Below are positions 1 to 9,218 of a DNA stretch of 64,000 nt, in pieces (the first letter of the stretch is position 1; the number at the start of each line of letters is the position of its first letter). The position numbers and the translations under genes were made by a program. The notes beneath the pieces are model-generated. The model had not been told where the DNA came from. It saw only the letters and a list, made by a program, of their open reading frames with translations, and did no database searches. The DNA comes from Candidatus Iainarchaeum sp. (lineage in GTDB: Archaea; Iainarchaeota; Iainarchaeia; Iainarchaeales; JAAZKV01). The stretch is from contig JAPLVR010000003.1 in assembly GCA_026397015.1 (NCBI GenBank), positions 160,001-224,000 of the forward strand. The letters are read 5' to 3'.

Positions 1-77
1 TTCCCAAGGATTTTTGTAATTGTCAGGGCACAGTTTGCGCAGTGCATTCCGCCGAGTTTGAATTCCGCCTTTTTCAT
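1..77 (-). CDS. Heavy-metal-associated (HMA) domain protein, N-terminus only (runs off the window; possibly Cu-ATPase or chaperone)
   Basis: Manual translation from ATG at 77: MKKAEFKLGGMHCANCALTITKILG, with the GMxCxxC metal-binding motif. Confidence 0.8.
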   Translation of the reverse strand, partial: MKKAEFKLGGMHCANCALTITKILG

Positions 78-133
78 AAAATCCACACATTTTGCCTGAA
101 AAGAGGCATAATTATTTTTCCTCCAAAATTGAT

Positions 134-712
134 TTAACTTGAGACCATTTTGGCGGGAAATTCCCTGAATACGCTTAAAGAAAGCATTTCTTCAACCGAC
201 GTTTTTGAAGGGTCATAAGTGACTAAAAAATCGTTCGGCAGAAGAAATTTTACCGAATCAATTCCTTGAATTGTTTTCAGCTCGCCCGATATTAGTGTCG
301 CATGGCCCGGGCACGGAATGTCAACCTCCAATTTTACGGAAGCCGTTTCCGCGCCCGGAACCGCTGGTGAGCCATCAATTAGTGAAAAATTTGCAAGCAT
401 CGGGAAAACGAGCATGAAGAAAAATAAATTAACTCCTATTGTGGAGCCATACATCAGGGAAAGGTACTTCCATTTCCTTTTTATTCCTCTGAGAGAAAGT
501 ATGCCGTTGTTCCGCAGGTAAATTGCAGAGGAAATCGTTGCGAAGAGAATAGAGAGAAGAATGAGAAAATAGAAGAAATACCTGTTCATGAGGAGGGGCT
601 TGAAGAGTTGGGTTAGGAAAGTTACGCCAAGTATGGATGCTGCTATGAAAGTTATGCAGCCGATGTGCGGAATGATGCCGTAAATTATTCCTTTTGAAAT
701 TTCTTTTTTCAA
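134..712 (-). CDS. Membrane protein with C-terminal HMA-like domain
   Basis: Three hydrophobic segments, then VDIPCPGHA; lies upstream of the HMA gene on the same strand. Confidence 0.65.
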   Translation of the reverse strand: MKKEISKGIIYGIIPHIGCITFIAASILGVTFLTQLFKPLLMNRYFFYFLILLSILFATISSAIYLRNNGILSLRGIKRKWKYLSLMYGSTIGVNLFFFMLVFPMLANFSLIDGSPAVPGAETASVKLEVDIPCPGHATLISGELKTIQGIDSVKFLLPNDFLVTYDPSKTSVEEMLSLSVFREFPAKMVSS

Positions 713-829
713 GCAAACTCCCCTAAGAATAAAAAATTAACAATTGCAACTCAACCAAAAATTAACAATTGTTAAATAATATTATATCAAACCGAACGCA
801 TTATAAACCTTTCTTAACAATTGTAAATT

Positions 830-1117
830 ATGCTGCCGTGCGAAAAAGCCCATTGGACTTTAATCCCTGCCATCAGGAGGGAGTTTGCAAAAGTATATAT
901 TGAAGAAATCGGTTTGAGTCAGAAAGAGGCGGCGAAAAGACTCTGCATCAGCGAAGCCGCCATTTCACACTACGTAAAGGGCAAGCGCGGCAACACTTCT
1001 GTTTTGAACAAAAAAACAAAAAAATACATAAAAAAACTCGCCAGATCCGGGGCTAAAAACGGGGAGAAACTCATATGCACGACGTGCAAATTCGCAATAA
1101 AGCAGAACCTTTGCTGA
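830..1117 (+). CDS. HTH transcriptional regulator (XRE-like, archaeal type with Cys residues)
   Basis: GLSQKEAAKRLCISEAAISHY HTH; N-terminal PCE and C-terminal CxxC; divergent from the metal genes. Confidence 0.75.
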   Translation: MLPCEKAHWTLIPAIRREFAKVYIEEIGLSQKEAAKRLCISEAAISHYVKGKRGNTSVLNKKTKKYIKKLARSGAKNGEKLICTTCKFAIKQNLC

Positions 1118-1155
1118 CTGCAAAGCAACCGGACAAAAACCCACAATTATTTTAA

Positions 1156-1731
1156 TTGTTTGGATTTCCAATTGAATTTATGTACCAGCAGATAAGGGCC
1201 GCAATCGGCAAGATGGTTGATTCCGGAACGCACATAAATGTGGCCGAGGCAACCGAAATAATCGCAAAAAAACTCGGCCTGAGCGAAGCGATGGTGCAGT
1301 TCGCGCACATTGAAATAAGAAATTCTGTTTTTGAGCCGGAATACAAAAAAATCCCTTACAAACAAAGGATCCTTTTTTTGCCCCACTGCGCAAGGAACAT
1401 CAAGAACTGCCGGGCGAAGCAAACGGGCGAAGGATTGAGATGCGGACATTGCAAATCGTGCGACATCGACAAGGCGGTGAAGCTGGCGGAAGACCTGGGT
1501 TACATGAAAGTTTTCATCGTGCCGGGGGGCAGCATGGTAAAAAAGCTCCTGCAAAAATACAAGCCGAAAGCAGGCATCGGGGTGTGCTGTTTCAACGAGG
1601 CTCTTATGGCATTCGACATGATTAAAGGCAGTGGGGTAGTGCCGCAGGTGGTTTTACTTTTGAACGACGGCTGCAGGGACACGAAAATAAATATGCCTCT
1701 ACTGGAAGAAAGGATAAGGCTAAGGGAATAA
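1156..1731 (+). CDS. DUF116 family protein
   Basis: LFLPHC, CGHCKSC, IVPGGS and GVCC motifs. Confidence 0.75.
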   Translation: MFGFPIEFMYQQIRAAIGKMVDSGTHINVAEATEIIAKKLGLSEAMVQFAHIEIRNSVFEPEYKKIPYKQRILFLPHCARNIKNCRAKQTGEGLRCGHCKSCDIDKAVKLAEDLGYMKVFIVPGGSMVKKLLQKYKPKAGIGVCCFNEALMAFDMIKGSGVVPQVVLLLNDGCRDTKINMPLLEERIRLRE

Positions 1732-1742
1732 CTTGGAAAGTA

Positions 1743-2393
1743 TTACTCTATTCCGAGCAGTTTTTCTATTTCCGCAAAATTTTTGGCAATATAAATGGGT
1801 GCAAATTTTTTCAGCTGAAACTCTGTTGAGATGCCGGTTCTTTTTGCCACAAACGTCACGCCGGCTCTCCTGCACATCAAGCCGTCCTGGTTCGAATCGC
1901 CGACAAAAACAATTTCCTCTTTTTTAACTTTAAGTTTTTTGAGCGCCTTTTCAAGCGGCTCTATGTCCGGCTTTTTATGTTCAACATCGTCGCTTGTAAT
2001 TATGCAATTTACAAACCGCCTTGTTTTTTTGCCGAGAACCGCATTTACAAAAGACCAACGCGACCCGGTCACAATTCCAACTTTGTATTTTTTCGAGGCT
2101 TTTTCCAAAAAAAATTTGGAATCTTCGAACCAAATATCTTTTTCTTTTTTCAGAAGCCTGAGAAAAACCCGCCTCCTGTAATTCACAAAATCGCCAAGAT
2201 TGAATGAAAGTTTATTTTTATCCATGAAATAATACGCCACTTCGCGCGAGTGAACCTGCGATAATTCCCTGAGCTTCTGCCTTGAAATCTTGAAACCGAA
2301 GTGCCTTATCGTTTCATCAAAACTTTTCATTATAAGCGGAATGGAATCAATCAGTGTTCCGTCCAAATCCATCAAAACTGCTTTGAGTTTCAT
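1743..2393 (-). CDS. HAD-superfamily hydrolase (phosphoglycolate phosphatase-like)
   Basis: DLDGTLIDS motif I, KP and VGDS motifs; start moved from 2498 to the ATG at 2393. Confidence 0.85.
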   Translation of the reverse strand: MKLKAVLMDLDGTLIDSIPLIMKSFDETIRHFGFKISRQKLRELSQVHSREVAYYFMDKNKLSFNLGDFVNYRRRVFLRLLKKEKDIWFEDSKFFLEKASKKYKVGIVTGSRWSFVNAVLGKKTRRFVNCIITSDDVEHKKPDIEPLEKALKKLKVKKEEIVFVGDSNQDGLMCRRAGVTFVAKRTGISTEFQLKKFAPIYIAKNFAEIEKLLGIE

Positions 2394-2589
2394 TACAGAG
2401 AGGTTCGGGAAAAGCAATTTAAACCTAAGCGGAGACAAACTCATAAGCCGGCTGCTCTTTGCGGAGCAGGGCTTACCAAGCGAAGCGAAGGTGGGCAATT
2501 CGGCCGGTTTTTTTTAAAAGGCTTGTACGAAGCATGATTCATCGAGCATCAGTGAAGATGAATCTTTTCGCCGGCCTTTCTAAAAGGCC

Positions 2590-2662
2590 GCCCCGATAGT
2601 GTAGCGGTCAAGCACTCCACCCTCTCACGGTGGAAACTCGGGTTCGAGTCCCGATCGGGGTA
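2590..2662 (+). tRNA. tRNA-Glu(CTC)
   Basis: Acceptor GCCCCGA/TCGGGGT; anticodon arm CCACC-CT-CTC-AC-GGTGG; T-loop TTCGAGT. Confidence 0.95.
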
Positions 2663-2762
2663 TATCGTAAAACAGGGTATATTATTCGCCAGATTACTGG
2701 TTGTACAAACCTTTATATAGCGACCAAACTCGAAGAATATATTATTCTCAGAGTTGGTTTGA

Positions 2763-3932
2763 ATGGTAGATTTGTACAATAACAAGGCGAGGTATGCCCG
2801 AAAAAAAAAAGAACTAATTGATGAGTTCGAGGGCGAAATAAAAGAAATTTTGAAAAAGTACGTTGCCCTGCATGACTCAAAATTTGAACGCGAACAAATG
2901 GCTTACGGCTCTGCCTTACGAAGCCTTGAAACCGCACGGGACATTTCCAGTTGGAAAGATATATTTTCAGAGAAACCTTACTCAGTTGAAGCGGCTAAAG
3001 AATGGTGGAAGCACCAATTAGTAAGACCAAGTCAGAAGAGCAAACAAAAGCTGACCATTAGTACCTTGGAAAAGGCACAAGGGCAAGCGTCAAAATTTTT
3101 CAAATTCCTTGAATTCCTAGAAACTGAAAACGACATTGCTTTTTTTAACACTCAAAAATTACCTCCTGCAAAAGCCAGCAGGTATTTTATCGTGGAAATA
3201 CCAAAAAAACAAAAAGAAATCCCCCGCCTCAACCTAACTAAATTTATTGAGGTGTTTCATACTTTGACAAAATCCCCCATGTATTACGAACGGCTTGCAG
3301 GAATTCTGTTCATTGCTGCTTATGATTTGGGTTGCCGGTTTGGCGAACTCGCTTCACTAAAGAACAAGAGTTTTCAAGTGGTTGAAGGGCAACTGCTAAT
3401 TAACTTGGAGGACTCAAAAACCAAGACGAGAACCGTTGTCCCAATCTTGTCAAAAAAATACTTAATTAATTGGCAATCCATGTCGCCAACTCGCGATGAC
3501 CCCGAAGGATACTTCTTTTGTGACCGAAAGGGCAGCTTTGTTCCTTATGACAAGGTCAGTATGGCTTTGAAAGAAGCGTGTGCTAAGGTCGGTTTTGAAT
3601 TTCCAGGATGCAAATTATGGCATTACCTTCGCCACGAATTTGCTTCTCGGGCCTACCAAATGCCAGAAAATCTAATTAGGTATTACCTTGGTTGGAGTGA
3701 TGGAAGCATTAGAGCAGTTTATTCGCACAATAATTGGAAGGAGTGCTTGCCATACCTTCACAAAATGAACGAGGGGCACCCATTGCTTGATGAGCCTTTA
3801 TCCGTACTTGAAAAAGAAGAAACAAACAAATTTGAGAGCCAGCTCGAGCAATTGATAGAGAGCAAAGTTGTTGAATGGTTAAGAAACAATCAAAAAAACG
3901 GAGGTGATTTACATGAAGAAATACAAATTTAG
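2763..3932 (+). CDS. int: Tyrosine recombinase/integrase
   Basis: Catalytic set GCR...SKTK...HYLRH...LGW...VYSH; starts 100 bp after tRNA-Glu. Confidence 0.9.
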   Translation: MVDLYNNKARYARKKKELIDEFEGEIKEILKKYVALHDSKFEREQMAYGSALRSLETARDISSWKDIFSEKPYSVEAAKEWWKHQLVRPSQKSKQKLTISTLEKAQGQASKFFKFLEFLETENDIAFFNTQKLPPAKASRYFIVEIPKKQKEIPRLNLTKFIEVFHTLTKSPMYYERLAGILFIAAYDLGCRFGELASLKNKSFQVVEGQLLINLEDSKTKTRTVVPILSKKYLINWQSMSPTRDDPEGYFFCDRKGSFVPYDKVSMALKEACAKVGFEFPGCKLWHYLRHEFASRAYQMPENLIRYYLGWSDGSIRAVYSHNNWKECLPYLHKMNEGHPLLDEPLSVLEKEETNKFESQLEQLIESKVVEWLRNNQKNGGDLHEEIQI

Positions 3933-4050
3933 ATGCACTCGCTGCGGAATAGTTGTTGAATCAGACACAATTCCCCCAGAAAGAAAACTTGTCGGACCAT
4001 GCACTCAAGTACACAACGGAGAACATTATTGGTACAAAATATGGGGGTAA
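3913..4050 (+). CDS. Small zinc-finger protein (45 aa, not in the ORF track)
   Basis: MKKYKFRCTRCGIVVESDTIPPERKLVGPCTQVHNGEHYWYKIWG; RBS GGAGGTGA immediately upstream. Confidence 0.6.
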   Translation: MKKYKFRCTRCGIVVESDTIPPERKLVGPCTQVHNGEHYWYKIWG

Positions 4051-4172
4051 TGAAGTATCTTGGCAGATATGACCAAAAGTGCGCAATGGCGACCACTATT
4101 GGCTATACCATGGTGGCAAGGCACTCTAAGAGCATTTAAAAAGATAAAACTGAAAATATTATTGGTGTTGGG

Positions 4173-5402
4173 ATGAAAACGATTAACCATACATGGGATT
4201 TTTCTGGTGCCAATACTAAGTACTACACTCACGGCATTCATTCTTATCCCGCAATGATGATTCCTCAAGTTGCCCACAGAATAATAGAAGAACATGGAAA
4301 AAATGCAGAAACTGCTTATGACCCATTTTGCGGCTCAGGAAGTGTATTACTCGAATTCAAAACCGCAGGAATCGAATGTTATGGCTCAGACTTAAACCCA
4401 TTAGCAATACTCATTAGCAAAGCAAAAACAACTCCTATTGCTACAGAAAAAATTGAAAAAGCATTTCAAAAAATATCTCAACGGATAAAGGAGATTGAAA
4501 ATAAACCTTGTGAAGAACCCAACTTTTCAAAAATAGATTTTTGGTTCAAAAAGAAACCCATCAAAGACCTTGCAATAATCAAGCTAGCTATTGACGAGTT
4601 AGAGGAAACTACTCTAAAAAACTTTTTCCTTGTTTGCTTTAGTGAAACAGTTAGAAAAAGCAGTAACACCCGTGGAGGAGAGTTCAAACTCTACCGCCTA
4701 GGAGAAAAAGATCTTGCGAAATATAATCCCAAGGCAAATGAGATATTTGGAAAAATATACCAGCGTAACGTGGCTGGCATGAATGAACTTAACAATCTAA
4801 CCAAACAAAAAGAACTTCCAAGTGTTACTGTTCTTGAAGCAGACGTAAGCAAAAAAGTCCCCATAGAACCCAAGAGCATAGACCTGATTGTTTCATCCCC
4901 CCCTTATGGGGACAGTAGGACCACTGTAGCTTATGGGCAATTCAGCCGATTAAGCATGCAATGGCTCGGAATTAATCACAATAAAAATACTGACGTGGAC
5001 AAAAATAGCTTGGGCGGTAAGCCACAAAAAGAAAACCTCGTAGAACATTCCACAAATCTCGAAAAAGCCATCTCAAAAATAAGCAAAGAAGATGAAAAAA
5101 GAGCTCAGGACGTGATATCTTTCTTTAATGACTTTTATCTTGCTGCACAAAACATAGAAAAAGTCATGAAAGAAAACTCAACCATCGCATGGGTAGTTGG
5201 GAATCGAACAGTAAAAGGCATAAAAATTCCAACTGACCAGATACTCGTCGATATGTTCAGAGACCTCAATTACACCCATGATAAAACAATTATCAGAAGC
5301 ATTCCATCAAAAAGAATGCCAAGAAGCAACAGCCCGACAAATAAGAAAGGGGTTTTATCTCCAACAATGAATGAAGAGTACATCATTATTTTGAAACGGT
5401 GA
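4173..5402 (+). CDS. N4-cytosine DNA methyltransferase, M.MvaI-like
   Basis: THGIHSYPAMMIPQ, DPFCGSG (SAM-binding) and SSPPY (catalytic). Confidence 0.85.
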   Translation: MKTINHTWDFSGANTKYYTHGIHSYPAMMIPQVAHRIIEEHGKNAETAYDPFCGSGSVLLEFKTAGIECYGSDLNPLAILISKAKTTPIATEKIEKAFQKISQRIKEIENKPCEEPNFSKIDFWFKKKPIKDLAIIKLAIDELEETTLKNFFLVCFSETVRKSSNTRGGEFKLYRLGEKDLAKYNPKANEIFGKIYQRNVAGMNELNNLTKQKELPSVTVLEADVSKKVPIEPKSIDLIVSSPPYGDSRTTVAYGQFSRLSMQWLGINHNKNTDVDKNSLGGKPQKENLVEHSTNLEKAISKISKEDEKRAQDVISFFNDFYLAAQNIEKVMKENSTIAWVVGNRTVKGIKIPTDQILVDMFRDLNYTHDKTIIRSIPSKRMPRSNSPTNKKGVLSPTMNEEYIIILKR

Positions 5403-5611
5403 AGCTTATGACAGTACACGAATCATTAAGAGATGGAAGAAAAATATACAACACGATAAAGAAAGATGGCGACCGACTAATTTTTTCTAAAGATTTCCCA
5501 AATTGCAAAGGTCTTTATCCCGACTGCCCCTCAAATCCTTCGCTTACGGAAAAAAATTGTAGAACCTGCCCAAAAACAGACGAATTGAAAAAACCAAAAA
5601 TGGAAAGTTAA
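5399..5611 (+). CDS. Small Cys-rich hypothetical protein
   Basis: Overlaps the methylase stop (GTGA); four Cys including CRTC. Confidence 0.5.
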   Translation: MKLMTVHESLRDGRKIYNTIKKDGDRLIFSKDFPNCKGLYPDCPSNPSLTEKNCRTCPKTDELKKPKMES

Positions 5612-5623
5612 TATGGTGAACAA

Positions 5624-6121
5624 ATGACACTTCAAAAACAAAACATCTGCAATGCGGGGGAGTATTATTTTGCATCAATACTTTCAGCACAAAATTTTAC
5701 GGTAACCATAACTCTTGGAAGGGCAGAAAAGTATGACATACTTGCAGTAAATGAAAAAGGAAAGACAATAAAAATATCTGTAAAGTCAAGATACAAAGAG
5801 GCAGTAAAAAGATTTCCTTTAAAAGAAAGTGATGAAACTAATGGTGCTGACGATTTCTTTTATGTCTTTGTTCGGCTCAACGAATTTAAAAAAGAACCTG
5901 ACTTTTGGATTGTTCCGAGCAAAAGAGTTAATGAACTGACTCATCACGCTTCGCACATTTATTTTGACATCAAAAAACGCAAAGATGGCAAGCGCCACAA
6001 GGATACAGGAATAAGGAATTTTTGGTTAGTCATAAATAAAACAAGTAAAGGGCTGTTTCCAAAAAATTGGGAAAACGAGCTAAAGACTTATCACAAAAAT
6101 ATTTCTCAACTTACTCGTTAA
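5624..6121 (+). CDS. PD-(D/E)XK-fold nuclease-like protein
   Basis: GEY...YDIL...ISVK pattern; RBS GGTGA. Confidence 0.6.
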   Translation: MTLQKQNICNAGEYYFASILSAQNFTVTITLGRAEKYDILAVNEKGKTIKISVKSRYKEAVKRFPLKESDETNGADDFFYVFVRLNEFKKEPDFWIVPSKRVNELTHHASHIYFDIKKRKDGKRHKDTGIRNFWLVINKTSKGLFPKNWENELKTYHKNISQLTR

Positions 6122-6161
6122 TATTTAAAGCAAAGATATTTTCAAAAAAGGAAGCGAAATA

Positions 6162-6641
6162 ATGACTGATGAAGAAAGTTTAGATTATCTGAAAAAAACA
6201 TATCCTTCAATTTTGTCTCAAGCAAAATCCAATCGAGACGAATATTTCTCGAAAGTTATGGGTAACGTTAAAACGTACTGGCGGAAGAAAAACTCGCTGG
6301 TGTTTAAACGTTCTCAAGAAAATTTATTCATTTTTGGATTCTATTGCGAAGCATGTGTCGTGTCAAGAGTTGTTTTAGAGGATGCCATACGGCGAAAATA
6401 TAATCCTTCTTCAAAGAAAACACTCGAAACGATTATTGATGAATGCCTTATAGGCAAAACAAAAGATTTAGCACACAAAATACGAAAGAATGGAAATAAT
6501 TTTGCCCATGAAAACTGGCGCAGAAGACAACCCTTATTTCCAGAAAAAGACGAAAAGGAAAAAGCCATGAAATCTGCAAAAGCGTTAAATCAAGTATTAG
6601 TTGATTTGGGTTATAAAGAACCAGAGTTTTTTCAGGGTTGA
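6162..6641 (+). CDS. DUF4145/HEPN-like protein
   Basis: SRVVLE...IRKNGNNFAH motif typical of DUF4145. Confidence 0.55.
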   Translation: MTDEESLDYLKKTYPSILSQAKSNRDEYFSKVMGNVKTYWRKKNSLVFKRSQENLFIFGFYCEACVVSRVVLEDAIRRKYNPSSKKTLETIIDECLIGKTKDLAHKIRKNGNNFAHENWRRRQPLFPEKDEKEKAMKSAKALNQVLVDLGYKEPEFFQG

Positions 6642-6691
6642 AAAGCACTTAAAAACCCTAAGTTAGGGAATATTTCGGAGGGTTATCCTCA

Positions 6692-6979
6692 ATGAATATG
6701 CAACGTGTACAAGAAACTCTCGGCAAAGTTGGGGGAAGAAACCTTAGTTCAAGCACAGAAGCCTTGCAAGAAGGTTTGGAATACATTGCAGGAGAGGACG
6801 ACCAAATTCCTTATGCAGGGTATGCACAAGGGTTAATAGAACGTGAACTTGAAAAACGCCAAAATAAGGAAAACATTGCAATTGCTAAAACAAACCTGTT
6901 TTGGCAAAAAGTTGGCATCATTGTTTCAGTCATTGCTGCGTTTATTGCAATACTTATTGCAATTTACTTAAAAAAATAA
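6692..6979 (+). CDS. Hypothetical protein with C-terminal TM helix
   Basis: RBS GGAGG; hydrophobic C-terminus. Confidence 0.55.
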   Translation: MNMQRVQETLGKVGGRNLSSSTEALQEGLEYIAGEDDQIPYAGYAQGLIERELEKRQNKENIAIAKTNLFWQKVGIIVSVIAAFIAILIAIYLKK

Positions 6980-6984
6980 AGTAA

Positions 6985-7212
6985 GTGGTTTTCATGCAAA
7001 TCGTGTTGTGTGCAAGTTGTCAAAAAGGTTATTTGTGCTTCAAAAAGAAACATCTTGAAAACATTATTGAGAATAATGCCCCAAGAGAACAATTCAGATG
7101 CACAAACCCTTTGTGCAATAGAATTTTTTCTGCCGAAGACGTTAGAGGGATATATGCGTTTACTCGTATGAAACCAACACCCCCAGACCATTGGTTGCTT
7201 AATCAAAAATAG
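6985..7212 (+). CDS. Small Zn-ribbon protein
   Basis: CASC...CTNPLC. Confidence 0.5.
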   Translation: MVFMQIVLCASCQKGYLCFKKKHLENIIENNAPREQFRCTNPLCNRIFSAEDVRGIYAFTRMKPTPPDHWLLNQK

Positions 7213-7345
7213 ATATTTTAGTACACGTGCCTCATTTAAGTACAGGTTTTACATTAAAATACGCAGCCCTGGCGTGGGAAAGTTTTAAATATTAGTTAAC
7301 ACAATAGTACTTGGTGGTGGTGACGGCTTACGAAAACCCGCCACA

Positions 7346-8164
7346 TTAATTCTTATCAAAAATTCTGGGTTTTGGAAATAATATTATTCTAAAATCGTCA
7401 ATATTAAATCTGCCAACTCCCACCATCTTGGATTTTAGCTTAAGTAAATATTTCTCGCTTTGAAATTTTTCCCCGTAATTTTGTCTCAGCCATTGTGAAT
7501 ACAGTTTTTGATAGGCATAACATACTGCGTCTGCAAAATCAAAAAATGTTGATTTATGAGATTTATCAATGTTTAATTGTCTGAATACATGATTAATTTT
7601 GTCATAATCTGTTCCTTTGTCAACAAAATGTTCATGCGCTTGTGTTAATTCTTTAGCTAATCGCAAACTTGATTCAGAAAGATTTACACAACCAAAAGAA
7701 TTTTGTTCCTCATTTTTTATTTTTATAAAACCTTCAAATCTCTCTAAAAGTACCATATATGCAAATGGATAGGGATTAAGGGGCGTTCTGTATTGTTTAC
7801 GATGTTCAATATTGTCAATCACAACTGCAATTACATTAATTTCTAAAGATGCCAAGAAATCATAAAACTTTTGTAAAATATCTTTTCCTTGCTGTCTTGT
7901 TAGTATTCCTACATAAGGATTTTTTCTTGAATTCTTGCCGCCACTAATTTCTTTTATATTATTTAAATCAACTGAATGAATTGGCACATCAATAAGACTT
8001 TCTGGAAAATTCTGCTTTTTAAACTCTCGAAATCTTGCAATATAATCGTTTAGATGTTCTTCTTTAATTATTATGCCTCCCAATACAAAAAAGTCATATT
8101 CTTTTTTCCACCACATATCATATATTTTCGAGTTTCCAGATTCATCAAGATATAGGAAAAACAT
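7346..8164 (-). CDS. DUF3800 family protein (RNase H-like fold)
   Basis: N-terminal YLDESG, FVLGG, and C-terminal FADAVC motifs. Confidence 0.8.
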   Translation of the reverse strand: MFFLYLDESGNSKIYDMWWKKEYDFFVLGGIIIKEEHLNDYIARFREFKKQNFPESLIDVPIHSVDLNNIKEISGGKNSRKNPYVGILTRQQGKDILQKFYDFLASLEINVIAVVIDNIEHRKQYRTPLNPYPFAYMVLLERFEGFIKIKNEEQNSFGCVNLSESSLRLAKELTQAHEHFVDKGTDYDKINHVFRQLNIDKSHKSTFFDFADAVCYAYQKLYSQWLRQNYGEKFQSEKYLLKLKSKMVGVGRFNIDDFRIILFPKPRIFDKN

Positions 8165-8397
8165 ATCAAGATAATAATTTTTTTCTTAATAAGCTTATCT
8201 TACTGCTGAATGCAATGCCCTTATTCAGCATGCAGACTTTACGAAAAGTCCTTTTAACACAAATCACATAAGCACTGTCTAAAAACGGCTTTTAGTACAG
8301 TTGCCCTTTATTTGGGCTTTAAGTACAAGCCCGAGCACAACAAAATCTTTAAATAACCAAACAATTTTACGAACAAAATCAGCAGCAGCAAAAATAC

Positions 8398-9141
8398 TTA
8401 AAGTACTTTCTTTTTTTTCACATATAATATATCTAAGTTTTTTTCCATTGCCCTAAAAGCGGTTCCATGGTCGTGACGTTTTCCTTTTAGTCGCCCGCTC
8501 TCATAATGCCCTAAGCGAATGTCAATTTTTACGACGCCGTGATACAACGCACTTATGAAACCCTTAAAGTCAAACCCTTGCAGCGCATATGCTTCTTTGT
8601 ACAAAAATTCTTCCTTTTTTGATTTATTAAACCTTGACTCGGCCTTAACAAGAAGCAGTGCATTCTTGAACTTTGTTTCAAATGCTTTTTGCAAATCACT
8701 CTTTAGCCAGTAACAAACAATTTCCCCTTCGCCATTAACTATGTTCAATCGGTCTTTTTTGCCTTTGACTTTTAGTTTTTTTCCATTTCGTAATTTAATA
8801 AATCGATTGTTTTCGAGAGTTACATGCAATTCAAGGTCACCACCCGCTTCTTTGCTGGGATATCCATATGTGTTGCGTATGCACAAGTTTATTCCTCGTG
8901 GCAGTGGGGATTTTGTAAAAAGAGTAACCATACTTGACGAGTTTATCCTTGCTGATTTTAATTCAAATTCAATGTGGTCAGGACCAGCAACATTGTTCTC
9001 TTTCATCCCAAGTTCATCTTCAAGGGTTTTTCCTACCCCCGTATCGCTTAAACGGTGAGTCTCAATATACCCTCTTTTCTTAATTTTTTCCAGCTTTTTC
9101 AGAAAAGCATCAAAAGAAAGCATGAATAAATTGAATTGCAA
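8398..9141 (-). CDS. MvaI/BcnI family restriction endonuclease
   Basis: DTGVGKTLE, ENN...PD...ELKS, TLFTK and HDHGTAFR motifs. Confidence 0.85.
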   Translation of the reverse strand: MQFNLFMLSFDAFLKKLEKIKKRGYIETHRLSDTGVGKTLEDELGMKENNVAGPDHIEFELKSARINSSSMVTLFTKSPLPRGINLCIRNTYGYPSKEAGGDLELHVTLENNRFIKLRNGKKLKVKGKKDRLNIVNGEGEIVCYWLKSDLQKAFETKFKNALLLVKAESRFNKSKKEEFLYKEAYALQGFDFKGFISALYHGVVKIDIRLGHYESGRLKGKRHDHGTAFRAMEKNLDILYVKKKKVL

Positions 9142-9218
9142 TTAAAATAAAAGGTTTCGCAAAAGCGGCACAGAGGCTGGTCAGGGATTTAAAAACCATT
9201 AAATGGCAAAGTACTTTA

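Noticed and set aside
2549-2785. ORFs overlapping tRNAs (also 22773-22982 and 44360-44575) and the many short antisense ORFs inside long genes
   Set aside because: Shadow frames with no motifs that overlap better-supported features.
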